Shown piece after piece: positions 11,261-24,228 of a stretch of 64,000 nucleotides of DNA (within the stretch, counting starts at the first letter, position 1; the number at the start of each line of letters is the position of its first letter). The stretch comes from Camelus ferus (taxonomy: Eukaryota), in contig NC_045696.1 in assembly GCF_009834535.1 (NCBI RefSeq), positions 116,252,001 through 116,316,000 on the forward strand. The letters run 5' to 3'. The translations under genes and the position numbers were made by a program. The notes under the pieces are model-generated. The model worked only from the letters and a program-made list of their open reading frames with translations. It was not told where the DNA came from and did no database searches.

Positions 11261-12524
11261 AAAATACCTTAACTAGACTAACTTGGTCAGTTACCTAATC
11301 TGTCTGGCTCTCAAACATCTCCAGGTTCGCACTCCAAAAACTTAATTGTGGTAGGATATTTTATGCAACCCCTTTAACGTTAGTGCTTTTTAAAAAAATG
11401 TTGTGCTTGCTCTACTGGAAACATCCCAGTATATATTGTATCTGTATCGGCAGAAAGAAAATATTTACGTGAAATCTGTAACATCTCTATTTAAGACCCC
11501 AGAGGAAAATAAGGAAGGCTTGGAGAAAGTTTTCAAGAAAATGTAAGGTTCAGGAAAATACTTGACTAACTTAGAGGAGATGAAGGTATCCTTTATAGTG
11601 AAAAACATGTATGTCAAGATTTTTTTTTTTTTTTGCAGTTTTAAGATCTGCAAAGTACAATCTAACAGAAAAAGATGTTCATGAAAAGTAGTTTGACATG
11701 CTTAGTAGCAAAATACCCCACGTGTGATTTGCAGCATTGAAAGATTTAAGGATGCTTAGGTATTAATATACTCAATAGCATAGTCCACTGATGTGAGGTT
11801 TGGTACTTTGAACTGTATGTAGAATAGTACTTATACAGCGTCTTGTTTGACTGTACTCATGATTTACTGGGAGTTAGCTGCTCCGAGTTTAGAAATAATT
11901 TTGAGAAACTGGCATGTTCCTCTGCCCCAGTCCCTGCTTTTTCTAACTCAATGATTGCTAATAACAGCCTAGTAAAATTGTATATAGTGCTACATAGTAT
12001 GACTAAACCTCTGAAGATCACCTGACTCTCTTGAGAGTGTGCCTATGTTAAGTAACTGGAAAGCAAAGCCCAGATACATGATTGCCTCTGAACTAACACT
12101 GTAAGCATAATAAACATTAAAAGTGGGCCGTAAGTATTGTCGTCAGAAACATAGTGAAAACATCAAATATATTAAGCATTTCCATAGTGCCTCATACATA
12201 CTAAGCCCCCAATGAGTATCTGTTAAAGAATAATTAAGTGGCATATTACAGAGTCTTTGGGCTGGAAATCTGTATTTATTAAACCGTCCCTGTAAAGTAC
12301 CCAAGGAGGATAAAATTATGCCAAAAATATTAATGAGATTTATAAGCTGCAAAGTCTAGGTAATGACCAGGTTAGCTGTCTACTTTGAGCTAATTCTACA
12401 GTTACTAAGTCTCTATTTAATCCACTTTTATGAACACTGTGTGTTTTCAATCATGTTTTATATTTGATGACATCATCTCGTAGGAAATTAAATATTTTTA
12501 TTGTTTTAAATTCCTAGGCAGAAG

Positions 12525-12666
12525 ATGGCCAAGGAAAGATGCCTTAAAAAGTCCTTTCAAGATAGTCTTGAAGACATAAAGAAACGCATGAAGGAGAAAA
12601 GGAGTAAAAACTTGGCAGAGATTGGCAAACGGAAGTCTCTGATAGCCGCGCCAGGCCAGATCATCA
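12525..12666 (+). CDS. SGO1: SGO1 exon 2, coding part (exon starts 12518)
   Basis: Acceptor ttcctag|GCAGAAGATG; donor ATCA|gtaaga; 142 coding nt. Confidence 0.96.
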
Positions 12667-15558
12667 GTAAGAGGCCTTGGTGTTGTCCTTTCCATCACTT
12701 TTTATGGTTACATTTAATAACTAACAAAACATTTTTTATCCTCTTTCAGCCAACACTTCTACACTGCTGAGAAACTACCAAGACAACAACAGAATGTTAG
12801 TCTTAGCTTTGGAAAATGAGAAGTGCAAAGTGAGAGAAGCCCAGGATATCATCTTACAGCTGCGGAGGGAGTGTTACTACCTCACGTGCGAGCTGTACAC
12901 GTTGAGAGGAAAACTGACTTCACAAGGAGCGGAAGAACGTGCCCAGGTATTTTCATCACAAGGGCTGAAGTTCTTAGGAAAAAATGTTAAAGCCATGAGT
13001 TAGTAGTTTAGATCAATTGTGTTTTTTAAATTAATTATCGGCAGCTCTGTTATCAGTGACTTCATCGGCACATCTGTCGCCAGGGCACCAGCACAGTTGT
13101 TGTGTGTGGCCAGCTGGGAAGGTTTCCGGCAAGGAGGTGATGGAGGCTTGGACTTGCACAACTCACTTCTGAAAGCAGGCAGCAAGACAGGGTACAGAAG
13201 AAGCAGCTTAGCCTTTTGCACAGTTGGTCCCTTTGAGTGGTCAGTGAAGTGAGTCAAAGGCAGGGCAGCTAAGCTGAAGGTCTGAGAGCGGTAGTGGAAG
13301 CAAGACTGGTCCTGAAGTGCTATAGAGCTGAGAGCAGCTTTTGTTCCATCCAGTGGGGTTTTGTAATGACTGCCTTCTTGGGGAGATGGGAAGTATTTAA
13401 GTGCTTTGCAGAGAATCACTGTTACCTCCCAGTTTGCTAAATAAGGACAGCTCTCCATTAACCCCCAAACAAGGATATCCTGAACATTTTGCTATCCACA
13501 TTTCAGTCTATTCTTTGTGTGTCCAGGGATGTCTAGACCAGCCAGCCAAACTATAATGGGCATGGAGATAGTTTAATTTACAGTCTTCTCTTTGTCTCGT
13601 TGCATGTAATCCCTGGGAGAGCAGTGATGAGCCAGGGTCCCCTCTCTCCTTTTCCCGGAAGCCACTGCCAGGGTCACTGCCTGGAGCAGAGGAAGGAAGA
13701 AGCAGTGGGGAGTGTCAGGCGTTACCTGGACAGTCTACTTCCTTCCTGGCTGTCCGTCTGTTCGCCACGCCAGTGCAGACCATTCGTTGTGTTGGCACCT
13801 AGGCCAGGAAAGGAAGCCAGAGCATAGTGATGAGGGAGAGGGTGTGGACTCGAGAAAGGAAATCAAGTCACCTCTCCATGGACAGGAGGAGTCAAGTGAA
13901 AGACTTTTTGCTTCCGTGTAACTAAGGTGATCCCGTGCTGTTTCTCTGTATGATATACAGAATGCATGTATGTGTGTGGAGTCCCATATATAATACACAC
14001 ATGCCATATATACATATGTAATGTAGAGAATTGTCTATTAAGATTAGACGTGATTTTTTTTTTTAACTTCATGTGAAGGTCAGATTATTTTTAATTTCTT
14101 TTCCCCCTTCAGAATGTAATCTTTCCTAATTTTTTTTTCATTGTTTGGTCAACTAGTGAGGAAAAAAATTTCCCCAAAGACATTTGAATCTTCTCCCTTT
14201 TCACATTTTTGCTGAAATCACACAGAATAGTGTGACATGAGTACTCAATGAGATAATCAGAAAAACTGGTGAAAATATTCAGTTTTTGTCGGCATTTGGA
14301 CATTTATCAATGATTTTTGAGTGTTGATTAAATAAAGTGTTAGTTGCTGGGTGAAAGCGTTCTTAGCATTTAAAACATCAAATTGTGTTTTCTGCTTCCT
14401 GTTGAGTGTGTCAAACAATCTCAACCATCATTCAGCAGTTGTGTGTCTGTGTTTATCAAGTCAATTTAGCAGTGATGGAAAAGCTTAAAATGCTTTAATA
14501 AGAAAAATGTTTTTCTTACCTACTAATAATTAACTTATAAGGATTAATCAGAATGTAACTTCTAATAGCCTTTTGTTCCCTTCATTTTATGATGGATCTT
14601 TTAAATAATTTTTGTATCACTCTATCATTAATTATTCTCCTTTATTTACCTTCAGTGATAATAATAGTTTTAGAACATTAGCTATATTGATTCTAAATTT
14701 AAAACTTTTAACAGCATTAAATATCTAGTTGTTTTGTCTCTGTTGAACAGTACTAACCTATTTCTAATGTCTACATAGTATATGTGCATCAAATTTCAAA
14801 AAGCAACTGAACTGAATTAGAATGGCTTTTAAGGAATTAGACTGCACCTCTGGTCTTCCTAGCACAGCTCCACATGTCTGCCCGTGTCTACACTGAGTAC
14901 CCGTCCTTCCTCTGGCTCTGTTGGCAGAGGTGTCCCTGCTTCCGTCGAAAGCCAACCCTCCCCTTGTGCACTAGGTTCCCTCCTCTCATCTCCTCTAGGA
15001 CTTTGCTCCTGGGAGTCTGCACCTGCTTCCAAGATGTATCTCCCTCTGCTGAATCATTCTCGCTGCTACAGATGCACTTCAGTGGCTCTCACCTTAGGAG
15101 GAGAAAATAAACGCATCCTCTCCTGCTCCCAGTCCCCTCTGTCTCCCCAGTCTCTGCTTCCATTCACAGCGGAACGTTGCCAGAGAGAACAGTGGACTTC
15201 CTGTCTTCACGTCTCCACTTCCATTTGGACTCACTCTTATCAGGCTTTTTTCCCTACCATTCTGTTGTCACTGTGTGTCAAGGTCCCCAAAACCTCCATG
15301 TTACCACTTTCCGTGGTCACATCTCTTTCTTGTTGGCCTTGAAGTACTTTATAACACAGGGATTACTCTACTCAAAATAATTTGATCTCTTAGCTTTCTC
15401 ACCATCTTACTCTCTTGTTTACCTTTCTGGCTGTTCATGTCCCTCTGTTTTACTCACGTCTTTGCTTGTAACCGTCAATTGTTCTAGACCCATCTTATTC
15501 TCTCCCATAGATTTAAATATTGTTTGCCTGCTAGTGACTTCCAAATTTGTAGCACAAG

Positions 15559-15604
<46 letters not shown>

Positions 15605-18600
15605 ACTACCTGATATATCCACTTACGTATTTATAAAGGATCTCAAGCATACTTTGTACAAAGCGCAGCTTCATTTTCCACCTCCCAAGGATATTGCGTA
15701 CTTCTGCTTCCTAAGTTTTAAATCAACTCAACAAAACAACCTACGCATTTACTCAAGACTCAAGTCGTTATTTGTTTTGTTTTGTTTTTTTTGGAGGGGG
15801 CAGGTAATTAGATTTTTTTTTTTTTAATGGAGATACTGGGTTTGGACCCAGGACCTCGTGCATGCTAAGCACACACTCTACCACTGAGCTATACCCCCAC
15901 CCCCATTTACTCAAGTCAGAACAGTCAGAGGCTCCCCTCTCCCTTCTTGTCCCTACCTCCCCCCCACCCTACCCTACCCTGACCCTGTCAGTGCGAGCAC
16001 ACTCTGTTATCTCAAAACCTGCTGGGCCCCCTCACCACAGCCCTAGCCTTCCCGTGCAAGCTAGTATTATGTCTTGCTGGATTTACTGTGATGATTTCCT
16101 AACTCCTCCTGCCCTTGACTCCTTGCAGTCCGTGTTTCACACAGTGGCCAGACCAATCTTTCTAAAACTTAGATCATTTTACTTCCCTACTTAACATTTA
16201 AGTGACTCCCCATCACACTTAGTCTAAAACCCAAACTCACGGTTCTCAAGGCCCTGCATTATCTGGCCTCTGTGTGCCCACCCCCTACTGTGCTTTTCAC
16301 CGACTGTGTTCTGACCCCAGTGGCCTTTCTTTTCTAAATGCAGCAAGGTTTCCCCTACATCATGACTTTTGTATGTGCTGTTTCCACTGCTTCCTCCTCC
16401 CCCTGCTCTTTCAATGGCTGGTTCTTTGCATTCTTCAGAATTCTGGATGAGAGCCCCCCCTCCCACATCAGTTACTCGCGGTCATTTCACCGGAGTATTT
16501 CCTTCATTGCATTTATCACTATAACTTTCCTTTCTCTTTACCGTGTTCTCTCCCTGCACTAGAGTGGAAGCTTTAAGAGGGTGGTCCTTAATCTTTCTAG
16601 CTGTGGACTCAGTTCCTGGAACAGTCTCTGGCACCACAGTAGACTGTCAGTAAGCATTTATTGTTGAGTAAATGAATACTCCATTATGAATATTTCAGCC
16701 GTACCAGTGTTTTCTCTGTTTTAACACATTAACAGGACCAGAAAGTATGTCCCTCTGGAATGGACTGCAGTAGTGACACCAACTCCAGGGATCTGCTTGT
16801 GGAGGATTCACCGTTAGTATCAAATTCATTATCAAGATTATTAATACCAAGAAATATTTAATTCTGTGATCCATTTATGAAAGGAAATTAGCATCATACT
16901 GACCCTTATATTTGGAGTCTGAGTTGTAAGAATGTATTTCAGAAAACTTGGTATGTTGAAATTCTGTTCTATAAAGCCAAGCCAAAGCTTTCTAATATTT
17001 AGTTACTTTTTTGATGTCTAGAAGTGAGAAGTTTCTCTCGAGTTTTTGAACTACTCCTTTTGATTATGTTTTTCTGGTATCATGTCTTTATTCTAAGGAG
17101 GGTTGGTTATTCAAATGATGGTGTTTTGCCAGTACTACAAATAGTTTGATTTAGAAAAGAAATCTAATAAAATACCATATTTAACACAGCTGTCACTTTG
17201 GCTAATCCAACTGATTCTTAAATACCATCAGACCCCAAACACCCTCTTCTCTTCTAGGATTAAGCACACTTTATTTGTTTGCTTATGAATTATCGAAATA
17301 TAATTACATACAGTAAAATGCACAAATCTTAGGTACACAGTTCGGTGAGTTGGACTAATGTACACTCCTGTGATCCAAAACCTGAGTTAAGACACAGACT
17401 TAAGATACTACCCTCACTCTGGCCCGGGGTTTCTTAGTCTTAGCACTGCCGACATTTGCGGCCAGATCATTCTTTGTTGTGGGCACTGTTCTAAGCATTG
17501 TGGGATATTGCCAGCATCCTTGGCCACTACCCACTAGATGCCAGTAGCACCCTGCCTCCCACAGCTATGAGAATCAAAAGTGCCCCCAGACATCGCCAGG
17601 TATCCCCTGGGTGGGGGGAGGTTAACAGTCCCCAGGTGAGAGCTGCTGCCGTAAACCGTTCCCTCAAGTCCCTTTCAAGTCTGTGCCCCTCTCCTTGCAG
17701 AAGTAATCACTAATACGACTTATGTCCCCACATTAGTTTTTTATTTTTTTGTGTTTGTTTGTTGGGGGGTGGGGTGATTAGGTTTATTTATTTTTAGAGG
17801 AGGTACCGGGGATTGAACCCAGGACCTCATACATGCTAAGCACGTGCTCTACCACTGAGCTATCCTCTACCCCCTCCACATTAGTTTTAATCATGAATAG
17901 TTTTTAAACTGTTGAATGTTAAGATCTGATGAAATATTTATGTCATGACCAAAAAGTAAAATGAGGTAATTGAGTTTTTAGAGGATTTCTGAAATTGTTA
18001 TTAGTTGGTTACCATAACTCTGTTACCTACACTTGTACTTAAGTTTTGATGTCCAGAGGGAAATTCTGTACAGAACATAAAGAATAAAATGATAATTAGA
18101 ATGAAACAGCCATATTAAAGCATAAATAATGGAAATTTCTTGTTCCATGAACCAAAGGGAGACAAGATTTTTGAAGAAAGTGAACATTCAGAGGAGTCAG
18201 TAGTTAAGCACCATAAAAGTATGCATTACCAGAAAAAATCACAGCTCAGGTAATGATAAAGCAGGCTCCTAAAGAATAATCACATCGAATTTCTTTAATA
18301 TGTTTTATGGACCAATCTGATTGGCTGTTTCTCCAGCTAAATGAAATTACAAGTTACAGCATGTTTTCAGGAGGAACTGTCCAGTGGGGTATGTTAGTTC
18401 CTCCAGTGAGAGTTGAGTGTCAGCCGTAACAAATCAGCCTCCATGTATTCAGGATAGGTGTTTTTGGTTTCTTTTGATAACAGAGCATACGTACTGATTT
18501 AGAAGGGAATTATGATACTAAAGAAAAGGAAGAAACTTGATTTGTAGAAAATCTTAAAATTTGTTTTTATTGCATAATTGTTAAATAAATTTTTTATTGG

Positions 18601-21600
18601 TATTTTCCAAGGCAAGTTCCTCTTCAGGAAGCTGACTTTCCAGGACAAGGAGAATCATCCCAAATAGAAGGTGATTCAAATGAAAATCTAAAAATATTGT
18701 TAAGGTCAAGATAAGATATTTGAGAACAAGTAACATAATTAAATTTCTCTAAGTCTGATTTTGTTACCTTTTTAAATCTGCTTGTCTGGTATTCTGCTCA
18801 AAGCAAATATCTGTTTATTTATACAGAATGTAAGAGTTTTAAAATACATCCATTTATTTTGCCAAATGTATAATCAGGAACCTTGGCTATAAGGATGCCT
18901 GTAGTTTACTGAACCTACTGTGTGTCAGGCTCTGTGTTAGGCACTTTATTTACATCATCTTACTAAACTCTCATAACAGCCTTGGAGTACAGGCACGGCC
19001 CCATTCTATATAAACTCAAAGGAGTGAGGAAAGGTTAAGTTCCCAGATTTGTATTTACTTACAGTAAACGTGGGGAAACTACAGAATGACTTTCAATTTT
19101 TCCATTTTTAGTTTTGAATTCTGAGATTCTTGAAATTAAAATTTCCATAAAGTAAAACTATTTTTCTCATTTGTTTTTTAAATTATCAGAGCAAATACCT
19201 ACTGTTTCCCAAGACAGACTGGGATTTGATTTGGATTCAGGTGAAGAGAAGTCAGCTGACAGTGTCTTACCTAGAACTGTGTCTCTCCGTCGCAGTCTGA
19301 AGAAACCTGTTAATAATCTATGTGAGTTCAGTAGCTTGGATGATTTTGGAATCAGTCATTTGTCAGAGCAGTCTTTTGAACTGAAAAGAATTAGATGTGT
19401 ACACCCACCAGGAAACATGCACATACCTGAAAATGTAGAACAGAATGTTTATCGATGGAACAAGGATCAAATTAACTTACCATCAAAGCAGATTCACCCA
19501 GGACACTTTACTGAAACAAAAGAGGACATTTTACAGGACAAATCTGAACAAACTGAAAACAAGCACAGAGACGCACTAGGAGGAAAAAGAAAAGAGAGAA
19601 AAAAAGCTAACAGAAGGAGGAAATCAAAACCTGTATCAAAATATAAGGGGAGCAAAAGTGAAGATAAAAAAAACGTTTCCAAAAAAAAGTTGGGTAAATC
19701 TGTCACCTGCAAGGATGCTTACAATTTTAATTTGGAAGAGGGTGTTCATCTTACTCCTTTCCGACAAAAAACGAGCGAAGATTCTAAAAGAGAAGAAAAC
19801 AGCAATGAATCTGAAGCGAGCATCTGTGAATCCAGCAGCTCCGGTGATGATTCTGACGACCTCTATTTGCCCACGTGCAGGAGCCGTCAGGATCTCACCA
19901 GTGAGTCACATAAGAGTCCAGTCACCCGGCCTCGATCTAAAAGAGCACTGAAACATAGCGGTGAGGAGGAGACAGCGGGCTCTGAGCCAACAAAAACTCC
20001 TAGTAGTAAGTGATCTACTTGTTTGCTTGCGTTTTTAATGTTTATGATAAATGATCACTCCTGGTATTATGTACTATACTTGCCATCTGTTTCTCTGGGG
20101 GAGGTTAGAGACTTACCATCTGTCTCTTTGGAGGAAATTACAGTCTGATTAAATAGTGGGGGATAGAGGGGTGGGTGGAAATCACAGTTGTGTTGCTTTG
20201 ACCTGCTTTAAGCTAATTTAAATCCTCTTTAAGAACAAATACTACTTGTTTTGGAGAAAACATTTTTACTTTCAGTAAATGAAGCCTTCCAAGGTGAGGA
20301 AAAAACTTTGGTGGTATTGGGTTGAATTAAAATATCTATTATACATTCCCATGAAACATCCCCTTGAAAATGAAATCAAACTTGAATCCAGTGACCCGTA
20401 ACTTTAATGGCCTTGTTTGGTATTCAACAGGACCGTGATTTAACGTAACTTTCTGTTTAGTGAAGGCTGACTAATAAGACCAAGAAAGACTTTCCCTCAA
20501 TTGATGGACTTAGGATTCTTTTGTAAGGTATTTGTAAGACATGCAAAAACTGTGGCTTAGAAAATCTCGCTTTGATTAGTTAGATCAAAAAATAGGCGTG
20601 GTTCAAATGCTGATGATACAGCCTGCACCTGCCCACAGATTCTCATCTGGGACTTTTCGTTATGGTGCTAAAGCTAACATAAATGGGTTGTATCATCCTC
20701 AAAATATTGTGATGCTGGTTCATTTGGTCCTCAGAACAACTTTGTGAAGTGTCCGTGATGCCATGCTTGTTTTGTTTATAAGGAAAACTAAGGCCGAAAA
20801 AAGTTAAATGACTTTCCAAGGTCAACCAGTTAGGTGATGGTATCATGCAAATATCTTTTTGAAAAATGTGCTGTAATGATGTTACAGTAAATCAAACAAG
20901 AGTGGCAAAATGTTGATAATTATTGAAGCAGGGTGGCTGGAGGTTCATTACACTGTTGTCTCCATTTTTGTGTATACTTGAAATTTTTCATAGTAAGTTT
21001 TTAAAAGGAAAAAAAAATACACTCTAAAATAGTGTTGTTCAGAGTTTGGTCCTCAGACCATCAGTATCAACATTACTTTGAAAACTTCTTAGAAAAACAA
21101 TCTCAGACCGTACCCTACATTCTTGAATCAGAATCTGCATCTTTTTAACAGATTCCGCCAGAAGATTTATATATGCATTGAAGTGTTAGAAGCGTTGTTC
21201 CAGAACATAGCAACTGATCTGATTGTTGTTTAACCATGTTTTCCAAACTGAAAGTTGGAATAATTAGTGTAGTACAATATGCTTATGTGGGGACAAGAAA
21301 GACAGAGTATTTGAAACCCAGATAACCCTGGAGAATGGTTACTAAGTATAAAGTCATTTTATGGTTCCAGTGTAGTTTTTCTTGGGAAATGATTTGCTTT
21401 TTAAAGCAATTTTCAGAGATTGTCTTGCAGTGTTCTTACTGTGTACTGGGTACCTGTCTCCCAATATAGATGTGGCTCCCAGGTAGAATAATTTGGATGT
21501 TTATGATAGAAAAAACCATTGGAATCTTTTTAACCTACTAGCTTTACTGGAGGGAACCCCTTTTCTCCTGGTTTACACAGAGACTATGATTTCAAATTTT

Positions 21601-22525
21601 CACTTATTTAGTAAATGAGTTCACGTGGCTTTTTAAGACCATATGAAGCCATCTGATGATAAACTTTGGAATTGAAATAGAGGCCTGATGATTCTGAAGA
21701 GCAAAGTGTGACTAAATGAAATTGCAGAGTTTAAACTAATTCTTTGTGCCCAGGCTATCCCAGGAGAATTGTAATTTCTCTTTAATTTTTAAGAATTTTA
21801 AGTTTCAGTAAACTGTTACTTTTAGTCAGTTCTTCACATCCACAGTAATTAATATTGTCTAGGATGAAAAAGTGATGAACAAGTGTTTAAAAATCTATAT
21901 TATAAAATGCTGGATTGTGTATACATTTAGGATGTGTAATTGCATACAGTTTTAATTCCTGTGTTTTTTTGTTTTTTGGTTTTTGGTTTTTTTTGCAACC
22001 ATATTCAATACAAGTTGTTCTTGTAGGTGCACTACCTGAGACTCGCCGGTCACCTCATTTTAGCCTGAAGGATATCACAAATGTCCCCTTGTATCCTGCA
22101 GTGAAAGCCAGAAAACTTTCTCTTTCTCCAAAAAAGAATATAGAAAGCCCACCAGTGTCTCTGCGCAAGCGCAGGTGCACAGCCATTGTGAACTATAAGG
22201 AACCCACGCTCGCCTCGTAAGTATCTGACTTTTAATGTTACGTGTGGGGGGAGTAAGGTTGTGAGTCTTACTTGAAATACACCATTTTGATGAAAAACTG
22301 AAGTAGGAATATTCACAATGGCATTCTTTCCAATAACTTTATACTGAAGAGTAAGTTAATATTGGGAAGCTTATAATTAGGCCTAAGGGTTCTTTTCACC
22401 CTTACAGGAAACTGAGAAGAGGAGACCCTTTTACAGATTTGTGTTTCCTGAATTCGCCTATTTTCAAGCAGAAAAGGGATTCCAGACGCAGTTCAAAAAA
22501 AAAAAGTACGAAGCAGATACAATGA
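12525..22525 (+). CDS. SGO1: Shugoshin 1, spliced CDS join(12525..12666,12750..12946,16736..16812,18612..18670,19190..20005,22027..22216,22408..22525), 1599 nt, 532 aa
   Basis: Starts [26 protein letters not shown]. Has the coiled coil ([17 protein letters not shown]) and the C-terminal SGO motif ([25 protein letters not shown]). All introns are GT-AG and phases join in frame to TGA at 22523-22525. Confidence 0.97.
12750..12946 (+). CDS. SGO1: SGO1 exon 3 (coiled coil, PP2A-binding region)
   Basis: ctttcag|CCAAC...GCCCAG|gtattt; [25 protein letters not shown]; preceded by an 83-nt intron. Confidence 0.96.
15562..15601. repeat. (CA)n microsatellite, about 20 units
   Basis: Direct reading. 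Confidence 0.95.
15770..15903 (-). mobile_element. tRNA-derived SINE
   Basis: cactctaccactgagctatacccc; catttactcaag duplicated on both flanks. Confidence 0.9.
16736..16812 (+). CDS. SGO1: SGO1 exon 4
   Basis: ttaacag|GACCAG...TTCACC|gttagt; [26 protein letters not shown]; 77 nt keeps frame with neighbours. Confidence 0.9.
17423..17650 (+). mobile_element. MER20 hAT DNA transposon
   Basis: gcactgccgacatttgcggccagatcattctttgttgtggg...ctacccactagatgccagtagcac. Confidence 0.85.
17737..17875 (-). mobile_element. tRNA-derived SINE with TSD
   Basis: TSD ccacattagtttt. Confidence 0.9.
18612..18670 (+). CDS. SGO1: SGO1 exon 5
   Basis: ttccaag|GCAAGTT...ATAGAAG|gtgatt; [19 protein letters not shown]; 59 nt. 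Confidence 0.9.
18900..19050 (-). mobile_element. MIR remnant
   Basis: tttactgaacctactgtgtgtcaggctctgtgttaggcacttta...ctcataacagcct. Confidence 0.65.
19190..20005 (+). CDS. SGO1: SGO1 exon 6 (816 nt; carries the cohesin-binding YNF and LTP motifs)
   Basis: Within ORF 19171..20013; ttatcag|AGCAA...CCTAGTA|gtaagt; [19 protein letters not shown]. Confidence 0.96.
21030..21200. mobile_element. MER5A-like hAT element
   Basis: tggtcctcagaccatcagtatcaacatta...tgaatcagaatctgcatctttttaacagattcc. Confidence 0.7.
22027..22216 (+). CDS. SGO1: SGO1 exon 7
   Basis: cttgtag|GTGCA...GCCTC|gtaagt; SLKDITNV...[17 protein letters not shown]. Confidence 0.96.
22408..22525 (+). CDS. SGO1: SGO1 exon 8, coding part
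   Basis: cttacag|[45 protein letters not shown]. Confidence 0.95.
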
Positions 22526-23340
22526 ACCATTTGTTGGATGCTGTTTAAATTCATCCTACACCCCCTTCTATGGCGCCACAAGAGAATCTGTAAGATAGCG
22601 TTCAAGTGGGTGGAACTCTTTCCGTAGAGTAATCTCTTGACAAGACTCTTCAATCATGAACATTTCTTCAGAACTGTACATCAGATGTGATTTTTTTTCC
22701 TTCAGCCTTTAATAAGTTTGGTGTTTTTTTCCTTTTAAAGATAAATAATTGGACTTAAGCATTATAATAGTTTAGAATTCTTACACTGCCTAAAACTGTA
22801 TTTTAGTCAAAATGTATCTTAGACCAACATTTGGAAATTAATAATGTTCATTCAAATTAAGATGTTTTAATTATAAGGCATCTTTATTTTTTCCCTTAAG
22901 TGGGTAATACTATAATTGAATGAATGATTTTTGAAGACAGGCTGAGAATCTTTTGACACTTCCCTATGTAATATTTGAATAAGATAAACCCTTGGCATTC
23001 ACAGTAGGGTACAGCCGTTGTATTTGACTTTTCAGATAAAACGTGTAAATCATGATTAGAGAGTCAATGTTTCTCAGGCTCAGGGACCAGGTAAGTGACT
23101 AGCTCTGAACCGCCAGCTCTCCGTGTACTTGGTGCCTCAGCAAAACCACAAATGATGATGTCCTGGCCTTTCAGGATGGCGCCTCATTTGGTCAGAAATC
23201 CCAGATGTGGAATGTGTAAATGCCAAGGACTCTTTTGTGTTTTTGGTGAACTAGTAAGAGGGAATTAGTTTGGTTCTGAGAGTTTGAAGCCTGTACTTGT
23301 ATATTCCTCTTTAAACTTTAGTTACTCATTTTTAAAGAGC

Positions 23341-23346
23341 AATAAA
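23341..23346 (+). terminator. SGO1: SGO1 polyadenylation signal
   Basis: AATAAA about 0.8 kb after the stop, followed by GT/T-rich sequence (ttgcttgtgttttt). Confidence 0.7.
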
Positions 23347-23799
23347 ATTTGTATAAGATATTGCTTGTGTTTTCCATCTGTTCTTTAAACATTAGAGGTG
23401 GAATCCCTCTGGTTGTGGAAGGTCTTGACTCTGAGTCTTCACTGGTCTCACCCCTCGTGGACGTTTCTCTCCTGGACCTTGGTTTTCCCTGCAGTCACCG
23501 CCCCAGCACACCCCCTCCTCATACTTTTCCTCCTCCCACTGCTCACTGTGCAATCTCCAGGTCCACGATCAACTCGTCTTATTTCACTGGTGACTCTTCC
23601 AACCCGGACCTCCCACTTTCTTGGTTGCGTCTGCACGTCTTCCTGCATTCCTTAGCAGCCGTCATCCTTTCCATCAGCCAGAATTTGGCTCTCCGTGATG
23701 GAGTCACTGATGCATACATCCTGCCTTCCCATCGTAGTCTCTTATTTTTCCAGTTTGTTCAACCACTCCCCTTACACCTGTTCTTTAAATTCATGGACG

Positions 23800-23980
23800 T
23801 TCTAGAATGGCTATCTTAATTAAGATTAAATACAATTTAAAGTTTAATTTCTCAGTCACAATTGCTACATTTCAAGCGCTCAATAGCCACACATGGCTGG
23901 TGGTTACCACGCTGGGGACAACGCGTACAGAGAACGTTTCTGTCACCGCAGACAGTTCTATTGGGCAATTTTGCTCTAGG
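23800..23980 (-). mobile_element. MER3 hAT element
   Basis: gctacatttcaagcgctcaatagccacacatggctggtgg...gacagttctattgggca. Confidence 0.8.
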
Positions 23981-24228
23981 CCCACAGCGTGCAACCTACA
24001 GTCTGCAGGCTAGACTCAGCTGTTCGCCTGCTTTTGTGCGGTCTGCAAGCTAAAAATGGTTTTTAGGTTCTTCAACACTTGCTGTTGATTTTGATGATAG
24101 AAAACACTAGCTCCAAACCCCAATGGAGTGCTTACATAATGTCCTTGATTTCGCCCCTTAGCCTACAAAGCCTAAAATACTTACTCTCCAACCCTTTGCC
24201 AAAAAAGTTTGCCAACTCCCGCTCTAGA
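23981..24228. mobile_element. MER58-like hAT element
   Basis: aagctaaaaatggtttttag...aaagcctaaaatacttactctccaaccctttgccaaaaaagtttgccaactccc. Confidence 0.75.

Larger units (their letters stand above)
14860..16680 (+). mobile_element. L2 LINE remnant, interrupted by a (CA)n repeat and a SINE
   Basis: Pyrimidine-rich L2-like body; 3' end cctggaacagtctctggcaccacagtagactgtcagtaagcatttattgttgagtaaatgaat. Confidence 0.7.
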
